Shown: piece after piece, positions 1-11,900 of the stretch
How the letters are laid out: every line of letters begins with the position of its first letter
Numbering within the stretch: the first letter of the stretch is position 1
Source: Entomortierella parvispora E1425
Lineage: Eukaryota > Fungi > Mortierellomycota
NCBI GenBank assembly: GCA_020891255.1
Contig: BQFW01000008.1
Coordinates: 2,542,001 to 2,606,000, forward strand
Direction: 5' to 3'
Length of the DNA: 64,000 nt
Notes under the pieces: generated by a model
What the model was told of the DNA's origin: nothing
Databases searched by the model: none
The model's input: only the letters and a program-made list of their open reading frames with translations
Program-made: the position numbers and the translations under genes

Positions 1-1096
1 TCAGTCTAGCCACAGAACCCCCTGCGATCACAATCCCCTCTCTCTCGTTCATTCCTCGCTGACCTGGCTTTTCTCTTGTCAAAAAAAAAAAAAAAAAAAA
101 AAAACAGGGGGGGGGGAAGGACCTCTTGCGCGCGACTCAGTTGACCATCAATGGATGGGAAGGTCCTGGAAACCACAGTCCCTGACATGTTGCTTTTTTT
201 GCTATGGGGTTTCTTTCGCGGGACATTCGACCCCACTCTTTTCACAGGGAGTGTCCCGACATGCATGCAGAGGCACATCTGGAACCAACAACAAATCGAA
301 CCACTGTTCAAAATAGACACACGAATGAAAAACCATTGGGGACTGAGCAGGGGGACATGGCAGTCTAGGGGAAGAAAGCGATGAAAGACGGCCAGGACCT
401 GTAACACAGGTAGGTGCAGGCACAGGCACGGGCACAGGTACAAGCACAGACGGCAACAACAGCACCGCCAGGGCAGTGTTGCCGGGAGAAAGAGAGAAAA
501 AACATGGCGGTGCTACTGTAGTCCTGCTGCGAAATTGCTCAGCCAAGAAAGAGCAAACGAAAAAAAAAAAAAAAAAAGGCGCGCGAGCACAGACGCGGCT
601 TTTGTGGGGACTGGAAGGGGTTTGTCCTTTCCATCGGGTCCTTCGCCCGCCGTAGCCGAGGAAGGAGCAAACTCAATGTAATTGCAGCGCAGAGGAGCGC
701 AGAGAAGAGAACCAAGCCCTTCAGCCCAGAATGCCAATCTGAAGCGAAGAAAGGAGCAAGAGCCAGTCAGCACATGCAGATAGCCGACCAGTCCAGTCCG
801 ACAGCCAAGCGGGGGCTGTGGTTAAAAGGAGGATGAAAGAGAGGAGATCAAACAAAACCTGTTTCAACCAGGGCAGAGGAGCAATGATGATTTGCTGCAT
901 GGGCGTCGTGCGGAGGACAAAGACGACACAGAGGGGGAACTGTCCGCCCGTCTGGCGTCTGTCGGTCTGTCTATCGGTCTCTCTGGCTGTGGGAAGGGAA
1001 TGGGGGGAACATTGACGGGCCGGGCTGCGTTCATTTCTCTCTTCTCCCTTCCTTATTCCCTCATTCCCAATCAGACAATCCCTCACTTTCATCACC

Positions 1097-2629
1097 ATGC
1101 CCTCCATCGAACAAAAATACAACGAATGGCGCTCTGCCTACGTCCGCGCATGGGGCGAAATGCTCTACATCGACTACAACAAGAAAGGCGAGGTCGAGCA
1201 AAAGAATGCAATCACTTGCTCCGAGGGTAAATGGCACTGCAGCGCACTTTGTCGTCTAGGGCTACACGTCTCCTTCCAAGTCTAGGTCTTCAAACGCGCC
1301 TGGCTTTGAAGGCTACCTTCCTACACAGCCTCCCAAAAGACACAGCAGCTCCATCTAACGCAGCAATTACCTATCGTGGGTACGCCTTTGTTCCTTTTCG
1401 TTTCGTTCTTGTGCATAGCCATCGGATACGGCATGTTGATTTCTCAGTTGATGCGCAACCAGCAGGATTTTGACGGACTCTTGCGCTGGTTTTTGCACTT
1501 CAAGAACGCCAACGGCTTGTGCGCCTGGCAACAAATCGACGACAAGCACAACAGGACCTATTCCAATGCACCTGACGGTGGCTCTAACTCTGCAACCGAT
1601 GGAGATATCGACATTGCCACCTCTCTTTTCCATGCGGCAAAGATCTGGGGTCGCTCGCCTTGTGGTCGTTATGATTATCGTCAAATTGGACTCCAGTTGA
1701 CCAAGGCAATCTGGGACCATGAGATTAACCACTACACATTCATGCCCACCTTGGGCGATTGGGTCAAGGTCGCACAACCAACCGTCAGCGCCCAAGGATA
1801 TAGCGGCGGCGCGCATTATGGCGAAGAGAGTTCTTACTCGGATGTCACACGTCCTTCGGATTTCATTTTGGCTGGATTCCTGACCTTTTACAACGAGGAT
1901 GTGGAGCGATCGTCTCAGTGGGCCAAGGTCATGGATGCAATCATTACGACAGTTCAGCATCAGGTGCATCTCAACCCCACTGGATTGATTGCTGACTTTT
2001 TGAAGCTCGCGGCCAATGGCCTGTACGAGCCTTCACAAAAGAAGATCTTGGAGAGTGATAACGACAAGGTAACATCCGTTCACTCACTAGTGCACACACT
2101 ATGACCTTTTTTTTGTGATCATACTCGGTTATATCAACTAATACATCATTCTGAACCGCCTCGATAGGACTACAACTGGAACTCTTGCCGAGTACCGTAA
2201 GTAACTAGTAGAACCCTTGCATGTTTTTTTTGATTGTTGTTGTTCTTAACGGTCCGTCGCTAGTGTCAATTGCTGATCATCACTGTCCCCGATAACGACT
2301 AAACCTGAAATAGTTGGCGCCTCTCGATCTACTATCTGTTGACTCAAGATCCTCGAATCCAGCCCGCATTGATGGCTCAGTCTTCCTTCTTTGGATCATT
2401 GCCAGAGGTCCATGCTGGATACCATCTGAACGGCAAGCGGATCCATGATCGAAGCTACAGCGATATGTCCTATACGGCTCCGGCCTCGGTTGTCATGTGG
2501 ACGATGCGCCATCCAAACCAGTCAAAGATCCAGAACGAGATGGAGGAACTGGAATCAGACAAGTCGTACTTTGGCGACTCGATTCAGCTCCTGTGCCTCT
2601 TGCAGGCAAGAAACCCCACAGGATGCTAA
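1097..2629 (+). CDS. Glycoside hydrolase family 8 (GH8b, chitosanase/licheninase-like), 4 exons: 1097-1226, 1419-2068, 2168-2196, 2314-2629
   Basis: Splicing at GT-AG sites rebuilds the GH8 motifs TCSE-AIGYGM (catalytic acid Glu), SATDGDIDIA, PTLGDW, TRPSDF, TGLIADF and LESDNDK-DYNWNSCRVP-WRL. No N-terminal signal peptide is visible. Confidence 0.9.
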
Positions 2630-4674
2630 AAAAAGAAAGCAGCGAGCAAAAGCATCAGCAAGAGGCGGGCTGTCTACCTTCTTAAATAGTCCAGCAGACA
2701 TCATAGTAATAAGAAAGAATAATATGCACTCGTCGATCCTACTTCACTGATAACGAGAAGGATGCTAGATCTAAACGCGTGATAACCTGAATGGACCACT
2801 AACAGACGTTACCCGTGTATTATGAGGTGGTACGGATCGACTAACTCAATTGGAAAGAGCTTCAAAAACAAAACAAACCAAAACAAATAAAGGCACATGG
2901 AGTAGGGCAACGCGTTCGGTGTTCCTGGCCGCCTGGGCCTGGAAGCAAGTAAGGGAATGGAGAGTAACAGGGGCTGTTGATGTTGAATCCCCGGTAAATC
3001 ATACGATCGGGTTTCAGGAACATGGGGCCATTGTTGGCACGGACTTTTTATCTGCCCTTTTTTCCTGCAGGAGAAGGCGTCGATTTGACATCCAGCAGGA
3101 AAGAGATAACGAAAAGGACGTTCGACGGGGTATCAATTCTCGACAGTCTTTTCATATGCAGGTAATTTCAACGTTAGTGCAGAGCCAAAAAAGAAGAGAC
3201 ATGGTTCTCCTTCTATGTAGTAAACTTCAGAAACTCAAAGAGGCTTGCCTTTTCGCCTCCTTGGGCACAGAATTCTGCACATGGGTACGCAGACTGAAGC
3301 AGCCAATCGCTGACAGAAATGACTGACCCAAAGAACCCTTTTCTTAGAGATGACTCTTTTGTGTCCATGCTCCCAACCCCTGTTGATGAAGACCCGTGAA
3401 ATATTCAAGGCCCGAGGCAAGGCGAGAGCTATGATGATGAATGGTGGGAGTGGCAAAAGGCCCTTAGAACATGGCCCAAAGGCCGAATCCCCGTGTTCTT
3501 ACTGGCTCACGCATTGAAACCGTGGTACATGACTTGTGTCGGAGGACTTTGAACCGGTCGTGGAGGAGTAATCATTGGTCGAGACAGATATCGCCCAATC
3601 AGGATCCGATCAAGACCCGAGAAAGCCCATGGATTTCGCTTTCGCTGTTTGGCCGCTCCCTTTTTTCTGTTGGTTAATCCATTGGGGTTGAAGTGATTTG
3701 CCCTTTTGTCGCTGTGCAGAACATATAGATCGAACGCCTCCTTCTGTCTTGGACCCACCCAAGAATAGTTTATTTCTGTATTTTATCATTTGGGGGAGCA
3801 GGGGGGCGACGCGGGCAAGCATTGGGTTCAACGTAGAACTGCTGGCTTTCAGAAGAGAGTTAGCCCAAGATGTATTCGGTGCGTTGTAGTAGGCACCCAA
3901 GAGTCAAAAGAGCATCCAAGTAGCTGGGATCTAGACCCACTGAGTGTCGGCGACCATCGGTGGGACATTGGTGTCGCACCTGGTTACTGCTGAGCCAGAA
4001 GTGAAGTAACTGTAGTGGTGAAGCTGTATGTCCTTCACTTTCTGTTTGATCCACCACAACCACAATGTTTACAAAAAGTGCATCAATCACCGTACCGAGC
4101 AAGGAGGAGGGCAAGTGGTGCCTGTGTACCGTGCATCTACTGCAGGGCAGGGCAAACGGCCAAACAGATCGCCTTTGTTTATTCGATCGACCCACTCACC
4201 ACGACGAAACAAACAGACAAACAAACAAACAAATCAAAGGAAACCAGATCCGTGGGGTGAGCCGCTGTTGGTGTCTCTAGTGGGCAAAAAAGAAGTCCAA
4301 GGCAGAGGGGCCAAGATACGTAGAGCGCTGTCCATTTGGGTCTCTGAGCCAAGCAGCGCTGTGAGTGGTCGGCGATTGAGTCGTCCATTCATTTCGCTCC
4401 GGAGACTTTTTTTTTTTCAGTTCGGTGCCTGTCCACTGGCAAAAAGGGCTTGAGACATCTTTTCTTATAAAAGGGATCTTTCTTCCCCCCTCTTCGTCTT
4501 CTTCTTCATCCAACTCATCCTTTCTCTCCTCTTGACTCTTCTCTTCTTCAGAGACCCGCTCCCGTTCTCTTCTCTCTTCGTCTCTGCTTCGTTGCCTCCT
4601 TTCTCAAGGCAACTCTCCTCTCTCCCCTCTTTCTCCCTCCCTTTTTTCACTCTTTTTTTTTTTTTTAATTCACA

Positions 4675-6050
4675 ATGGAGAAGCACCCCGAAGAAATGTA
4701 CGAGGTCACCAGCGTCAACAGCGACAAGGAGTCCGTTGCCGTCGATCTCCTCGCTGAGCGTCCTGAGCAGGGCAGCAACTTTCTCGCCTACGTATGTGAA
4801 CCCTCCTCTCTGAACAACCCTCCTTTCAGTTCGATCTACAGTTCAGCTGCTAACCTTATCTTTCTTTTGATAACAAACAGGCCAACGTCGTGTGCGTGGT
4901 TGCTGGAACTGGTACCTTGGGCTTGCCCTACGCCCTCAGATTGGGCGGATGGATCGGTGTCGGCATCTTGATCCTCTCTTTGATCATGTCGGTCTACACT
5001 GCCATCCTCCTCATGAAGTGCTTGTACTACAACGGCAAGTACCGCCTCTCCTCTTACCAGGAGGTCGGTCGCCATGCCTTTGGCAAGCCCGGTCTCATTG
5101 CTGTTTGGTTCTTCCATACTTCCATCGTCCTTGGTGCCCCCATCATGTACTTGATCTTGTCTGGAACTGAGATGGTGGGTTTGGCCCCTTCTGCCGGGTT
5201 GAATGTCAAGGCCTGGATTTGGATTGCTGCCGCTATTGTGGCCGTTCCTTTTTGTTCGATGAAGACCTTGAAGGAAGTCGCTGTCATGTCTGTCTTTGGT
5301 GCCTTGGCCACTGTCGTCTTGGTCATTGTCGCCGTCCGCGGTTCCATCATGGACATGTCCAACCCCGTCTGGGACAAGGCTGGACACGACAACATCATCT
5401 GGGCCAACTTGCCCACCACTGTCGCTTCCATCTCTATCTGCTTTGGAGGCAACGTGGTCTACATGCACGTTGAGGAGGCCATGCGCTATCCCAAGAGCTG
5501 GAACCGTGTTGTTGCTGCTGCTCTCGGCACTTGCTCGATCCTTTACCTCGCCACTGCCATCCCCGGTTACCTTGCTTACGGTAACTTGGCTGAGTCGCCC
5601 ATCCTCTCCAACTTGCCTCAGGATTTGACCACCAAGATTGGAACCATCGTCATCATTGTCCATGTCATCTTGGCCGCCCCTATTCTTCTCACCAGTTTCG
5701 CCTTGGAGTTTGAGCGTCTCTGCGACATCACTGTGGCTCGCCGCGGCAAGGTCATGGAGCGTGTCTACCGCACCTTGGTCCGTCTTGTCATCATCGGTTT
5801 CTGCGGTGGTATTGCCTGCACTGTCCCCTTCTTTGGCGACTTCTTGTCCTTGTTGGGTGCCTTGGGCAACTGCACCTTGATCTTTGTCTTGCCCATCCTC
5901 TGCTACTTCAAGTTGATCGGATGGAGACAGATGAAGTGGTACGAGTTGGTCTGGTGCGCCATCATTGTCATCATTGGTGTCCTCTCCGCCGTCATTGGCT
6001 CCATTGACGCCATCAAGGCCCTCCACGAGGACTTTGTGACCAACAACTAG
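4675..6050 (+). CDS. Amino acid/auxin permease (AAAP, Aa_trans) family transporter, exons 4675-4791 and 4881-6050
   Basis: NVVCVVAGTGTLGLPYAL TM1 motif after a GTATGT...CAG intron, about 11 hydrophobic segments, and PGYLAYG. Confidence 0.92.
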
Positions 6051-6470
6051 ATCTTTTATCCCTAGTTTTCCTTAACCTCCCCTTCTTCGCCTTACCTACC
6101 CTGTACAATAGTCCTCCAATTCTCTTTAGAAAGAACTTCAAACTCTGTAATATATCCACGTCTTTTTGAAAGCGAAAATTTTCTTTTTATTTGTCGGTGT
6201 CAACAATGCCTGGTTATCAGTTGTGAAAAATAATTTTTGTTGGCTGTCTCGCTGACTTGAATGGTACGAAGCGGAACCAACATAAAATACCTGAACAAAA
6301 CTACAGGCTATTACTCTTATTACTCATAGCCCCAGATACCCAGCCGAGAGTCGCTTTGTTCGTTATCATACTTTTCTTTTTTCGTTTTATTTTCGTCATA
6401 AAAATACAGTGGTTGTTGTACACGTACATGAACATGAAAAGAAACAATGGAAGGAGGTGGGATGATACTT

Positions 6471-8014
6471 CTAAACGACTCCGAGCGCCATGTTGCGAAA
6501 GACTTCGAACCCAGCTGTCGTAAGAGTTACACCTGGAGCCGTCCACAAGATCCTTGGCCCCAATCCTCGGGTCATTTGCCTCCAGAACCGGCCGGTCGAA
6601 GACGAAGCGGTTGAAGAGGTTGTAGTCGCTTTTGTGGCATCCAATGTCGTGAGGGCCGGCTCTCGCAGGAGCGGTCGGCGGATATAAGTTGTTTGTTGTT
6701 GTGGTAATGGTTTGAGCATTGTCGCTGTTCCGCGCGAATTAGTGGCGGTGGCAGTGGCGGTGGCAGTGGTGGTCAAATGAGCGTGCTGGCTCTGGAGCTT
6801 TGAAGAAAGGTGTGCTCCAGTCAACAGGGTATGATGGGTCTGAGGAGGGGAGAGGACGGCTGTTGCAAGCGTCATGGATGATCGAGCAACAGAAGTAGGG
6901 CTCGTTGCTGAGGGGGTGGCGATGGTGCTCTTGGCCTGTTCCAACAAAGGAGTCGAGTTCTGAGAAAGAATTTCCAGGAGATGAATTCGAAGAGCTGACA
7001 CCGAATGACAGACTGCTGCAGAAATGGCTACCGCTCCCGAGACACAGACCATATAGGTTCCTAGATCCAACGGGAATGGGGTTTCGTGGATAGTACCGAA
7101 AGCTACGTCCCCGTAGCTGTTACTGCTGCCATTATCTTTCGAGGAGCCATGATTTGATCCCGAGCGGTTGACGATAACCCAGCGAGCCAGTTGCTTCAAT
7201 TGCTCATACGTCGCAAAATAGAGCATAGTGTACGGCAGTAACGAAGTTAGGGTCGATCCGTATCTAGACCATAAGCCCTTCAGTCCCTCAGCTGAACGTG
7301 CCATTCTTTTGATCAGTCCATAGGCATCCCTTAGCGATAGTTTGGTCCCTGCCACAGCCACAGGTTGCCCTTGTGCCCTTGCTTGCATGGTCTGGAGCTG
7401 GGTCATTGGTGCCCACAGTATCGTTCCAGCAGCCTTGGCTGCCATACCACTGATCAAATGGGTCTCAAAGTGATGCAGATGGAATCGAGAAATGTTCCAT
7501 TCCGTCGACAGATAAGCCAGTCCATGCTTGGTCGCATCATACGTCGAGAGAAAGAAGGCCAACGCTGGCACATTGACGAGCAAGGCAAACGGTACACCCT
7601 TGTAGAGCCCGCGCCAGAACTGGATCCGTTCCCGAAGTGTTTGATGATGCTGTGAATGTTGTTTCCTGATCCTGGACTGTGCTGCCAGCTTTTCCTGCTG
7701 CTGTTGTCGAGGATGATCCTGATGTAGTAAAGAGAGATGCCGATGGACCGCCTCATAGATACGCCGACTACTACTTTGGGCAACGGTTAATCCCTCTAGT
7801 CCTGGCAAAGATGCTTTCAAGTGATCCACTAGATCGGATAAAAGAGTCATTTCGGTTACGATCGGATTCTCCTTCTGGAGATATCGAGCTTGACCATGAA
7901 GATGTAGATTTCGGGGAATTCCTTTTTTTCTTTCTTACATGGATGGATACAGAGTCGAGCACAAAAAGCTGCGGCGGCCGACGTCGCGAGGTTGGTCGAG
8001 ACGTCCGTGGGCAT
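6471..8014 (-). CDS. Mitochondrial carrier family (SLC25-like) protein with long low-complexity insertions, exons 8014-7939 and 7828-6471
   Basis: Exon 1 MPTDVSTNLATSAAAAFCARLCIHP joins across a GTAAGA...TAG intron to LDHLKA, giving the Px[DE]xx[KR] signature. Also present: RGLYKGVP, FFLSTYDATK, GLKGLWSRY, LYFATYEQLK, RGLGPRILWTAPG. Confidence 0.85.
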
Positions 8015-8798
8015 GGGTTTGAATCAGTGTTGGGGTATCTTTGCTTTTGTGGGGGACGAAGTAGCTTGTCCACGGCTATTTGTATGATTCCAGGAGGATC
8101 GTCGAGGCTTAGCGTAACCGCAAAGGGGGAAGGGTCTCTGGTCCAAAAGGAGAGTAATGATGTGAAGAGTAAATCCTTGATTATTAAACGATTCAGGTTC
8201 GGCAGGAGGAGGTGAGGGACATGGTAAGAAAAGAAAGAAGAGATGAAGGAGGGGAAAGGAGAGAGAAGAGAATCGAACCTTTCCTCCACTGAGCCAAAAT
8301 AATAAAAAAAAAATAAAAATGGCGGAGCGTCATCGCAAGACGGCGTGCTCAGATATGGACGGACAGGCATTGCTCTTTCTCTCTCTGTCGCCTTCCTTCC
8401 AGTCCCATCCATAGTCAGGTCCCAAGCTTCAGTTCCAGATCCAATGCATGGATCGGCTCCATTCCTCTGCAAGGACTCAGGTCGTTGAGCAGGCGGCGTC
8501 ATGGTGCGTATTGCCGTCGTCTGTATGTGGATGCAGTCACTCCTTATATGGCTTGACCATTCCGCACTTTCAGGCACCCGTTCGACCAGATCAAGCTGTG
8601 CGGGTGGGTAAATGCCTTTTCGTATCCGATCTGAACCGAGAATCCTATCCTAGCGAGATACGCTGCATGGTTTTCATTTCCTGTCTTTTGGATCAACGGG
8701 ACATACCATGCGCACGGACTGAGGCGACTCGTTCGTGCCTCGAAAGAATAAAGTGAAAAGCTGTGCATTTACATTTACACTTTGAAAAATATGAAAGG

Positions 8799-8829
8799 AG
8801 GACAATTCACGCCATAATGACGTCACTGG
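8799..8829. repeat. Terminal inverted repeat (3' end of the Fanzor element); contains TGACGTCA
   Basis: Inverted match to 13485-13515. Confidence 0.7.
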
Positions 8830-8916
8830 ACGAGATTATAGCATAAACTGTGCCCCAATCAACAATGTGGTGTGTGGGTCCAAACACACAAATAAACTAT
8901 GGACTGGCCCAGTCTA
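8799..8916 (-). ncRNA. Putative omegaRNA scaffold of the Fanzor element; the guide would continue into the flank at 8798-8779
   Basis: Lies between the stop codon and the element's 3' terminus, where Fanzor/TnpB omegaRNAs are encoded. Hairpins on the minus strand: GACTG-ggc-CAGTC, TGTGTG-tttggacc-CACACA, and ACGTCA-tta-TGGCGT next to the end. The 5' boundary is unknown. Confidence 0.5.
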
Positions 8917-11900
8917 CTAAAGCTCCCTCGCCATTTTGGATGCTTCCTGGCTCAGGTTGAGGGAGGATGCTCGCTTTCTTGATCTGGAGGGGCCGTCAGA
9001 CGGGCCGATACTGCTCATTTCCGATGAGCTGTGGGTGTCCACCGCGTCTGTCACTTCTCCAGTAGCAGCTTGCCTCTTCGACGCGCGAGACTTGCTGCGG
9101 GAACTTGCACTTGTAGCTGCACTGGCTTCACTCTCGGTCGTAGAAGCACTGTGACTGACAGCCCCGGAGGGTCCTTTGCCATGACTTTTGACGGTAGAAG
9201 ACGCCCGTGCCTTCGTACTGCTGCCGGTCTTTGTCGCTTTGGACCTGCCTCCTCTTACACTGGTGCTGGCCGTAACATGACTGTCCCCTGTGTTTTCATC
9301 TGATTCGGATATCCAGGGGTATCTGCCATCTTCTGTCACTGGCTGTAGGTGGAGGGGTCTTTCTTGCTTCTCAAGACGCTCCCGCACAATCTTTGCCATA
9401 TTCTCTGCAGCCATAATGTCCCGGTGGTGAAAATGCTTGCAATGCGTGCAGTAGAGTTGCCGGATGGTTACTCGAGCAATGAAGTTGTAACAATTGGGGC
9501 ACTTTTGCGAAGTATAATACTCGTTGATGCCAACCACCAAGTACCCCAGGGATCGTACCTAGTTGAAAAAACAAGGTAAGTCATCACTTGTCAAGACTGT
9601 TTGAGAGAAGACTAGACATGGTAAACAGCTTGTACTTACTAGGGGGATGAAATAATCAAGAAATGACGAGTGCAGAGATGACAGTCGACTGGAGCTCTTG
9701 AATTGCCCCAAGCCGACTCCAATTATAACATGGTTGTTTGGGTCGCGATGTCGTCCGGTAGTCCCTCCCACTATTCGTAGCAACCTCTCGGCGATTGCCT
9801 GATACTCGGCATGTTTGGCTCGTTTCATGTCCCAGGTATGCCTTTTAAACCGCCTATTTCGGCCATTATAAAAGGTGCTCAGGCGTTCTTCGACCTCCTC
9901 TATTTTTTTGACATACTCTTCCACGCTTGATTGTGAGCCTCGAAGAGGAGGGAGGTTCGATTCGATGTCCGATATAGATGACGGTTCAGCCTCCGTGACA
10001 ACGCCTTTCTCTGTGTTTAGCCATCTTCGGTATCGAAGTACAGGTTGCATTACCGCCTTTTGGCTAACAGCAAGATTGAGGTGAACGGGGCCGTCTTGCT
10101 CTGCATCTGTTGGTCTTGTCAGATCCACCGATATGTCCATTGTTGTAGAGAGAGCTCCGTTCCTGCCAGGTAGATATGCGTACGCCCCAACTACGAACGC
10201 TTGGCCGGCATCTAGAGTCAAGATTTTGATATCCGTTGGACGCGCACCGGGCCAAAGCTTCTCGAAATCCATGTCGTCCTTGACAACATTTCTGATCTCT
10301 TGCAAATAGGAGTCGGTTCCCCCAACTGTGGATGATATTCTCGGTGGAAGACGATCTGGGGGAAGCCGCCGGTATCGGACGCACTGAAGCTCTCGAAGCT
10401 TATAGGCAAGCAAGTATACTCTGAACCCATCTGTAAGGATGGAGCCCCTAGATACATAGCCCTTGACGGTATAGTCCTTTGGGTCGAATGTTGGATCATC
10501 TAGCATGCGAAGGTGCCTCCTGAGAGCTTTGAGTGACATGAGCTTGATTGCTGCACGATGTCCTGCCTTGCCTTTCTTGCGACTTGTGAGATCTGAGGGG
10601 TCGATATCGGCAAGGTAACGTTTCAAGAGATAACCGGGCTCCTTGGTCCCGACCCATTCTTGCACATCCTGAATAGTCGGAGCCACCCCTTCATTAGATG
10701 CTAGCTCCGTCAACGATGTTTTGAGATCGCCTCCTCTTTTCATGAAAAATCCCGCCAGCTCTCGCTCAGTAAACCCAACAAATGGCTGCTCTACTGATGT
10801 CATGGGAGCGATTCTCCGGGGCTGTTGGATCAACTTGTTGAGCGAAACGTAGTTTTCAACTGCGGAGACGTCATCTCGAATGAGTATCTGTGTGTTTGTA
10901 TCCAAAATCCCGAGATCCTTAGCCTTCTTGAGCTAGAATAAATAGATCGGAAACGTGGCTATGGTTAGCATTATGGATATCAAGGTATTCTCAGATATTC
11001 TTCACATCTTACCTTATTGTGAATTATGCATGTCCCATGCTTATACATCTTTTCAAGCTCAGCCTTCAGCTGCGTGGCCATTGAGCGCACAAGATCCGTG
11101 GGAGTAAAGGGCATTTTTGACTCGTTGATATCAACGGACGGCGAGACGAAGATTCCAAGTTCCGTGAGACGATCGATAAATGCATTGACCTTGTCCCCCA
11201 TGGAAGAGGGTCTCGGTCGTTTTCCAGAGTACACTACTCGTAGAAAGCTCCAGATAAATGGTGCCTGGACCTTGTCATCCTTCTTTTTTTTTGTTGTGCT
11301 CGTGCTTGGTGGTTGCAGGTCACTATCGTCGCTCTCTACTTCAGGTTCTCCACCGTCGGGATCAAGTTCAGCGTCCACAAGACCGTTGATCTGATTGTCG
11401 TCTTCCTCATCCGCAGCAATGTCGTCAGGATCCTTCACGTCCTCCATACTAACAGGTTGACAGAGGTGGCGCAGGATTTCCTTGTCTACAGAGCTGATGT
11501 GGTCGATTCCAATTTTGTCCAGTTTTTCGATATAGCAGCCAATCAGCCTCTGAGCTTCACGCTTCACTCGAGCTGCCTCGCTTGTCGCTCCCTGAATGAC
11601 CTCCATAACTTCCTGCTGCAGGTCCAGCTGGTTAGGAAGCGCAAGTCTGATATTTGCCTCCAGAGTACCAATGCTCAATGAACTTGTTGGGTGGTGATAG
11701 GCCAAATGTCGAGTTATCGCCAGCTTGTCCGTTGCAGCCGTAGATTTTGACAAGGTCTTCAAAGTGGGTGGATCCTTTGGAGCGGATATCTCCTTTTTGC
11801 GCTTAGTCTCAGGCTCCTTGTATGGTTTGTATGCAAGCTGCTTCATCATTGGGGGTCGTGGATGCTCCTGAGTCCCTTTCCTTGGCTTGAACGAGTATCT

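Noticed and set aside
4836-6026. 396-aa antisense ORF, and similar long antisense ORFs at 18499-19395, 37490-38557 and 38612-39511
   Set aside because: These are shadows of strongly codon-biased sense genes and carry no independent motifs.
7771-8577. 268-aa minus-strand ORF upstream of the carrier
   Set aside because: It crosses poly-T and CT-rich promoter/UTR sequence. The true carrier exon 1 is in another frame (ATG 8014), as shown by the restored PLDHLK motif.
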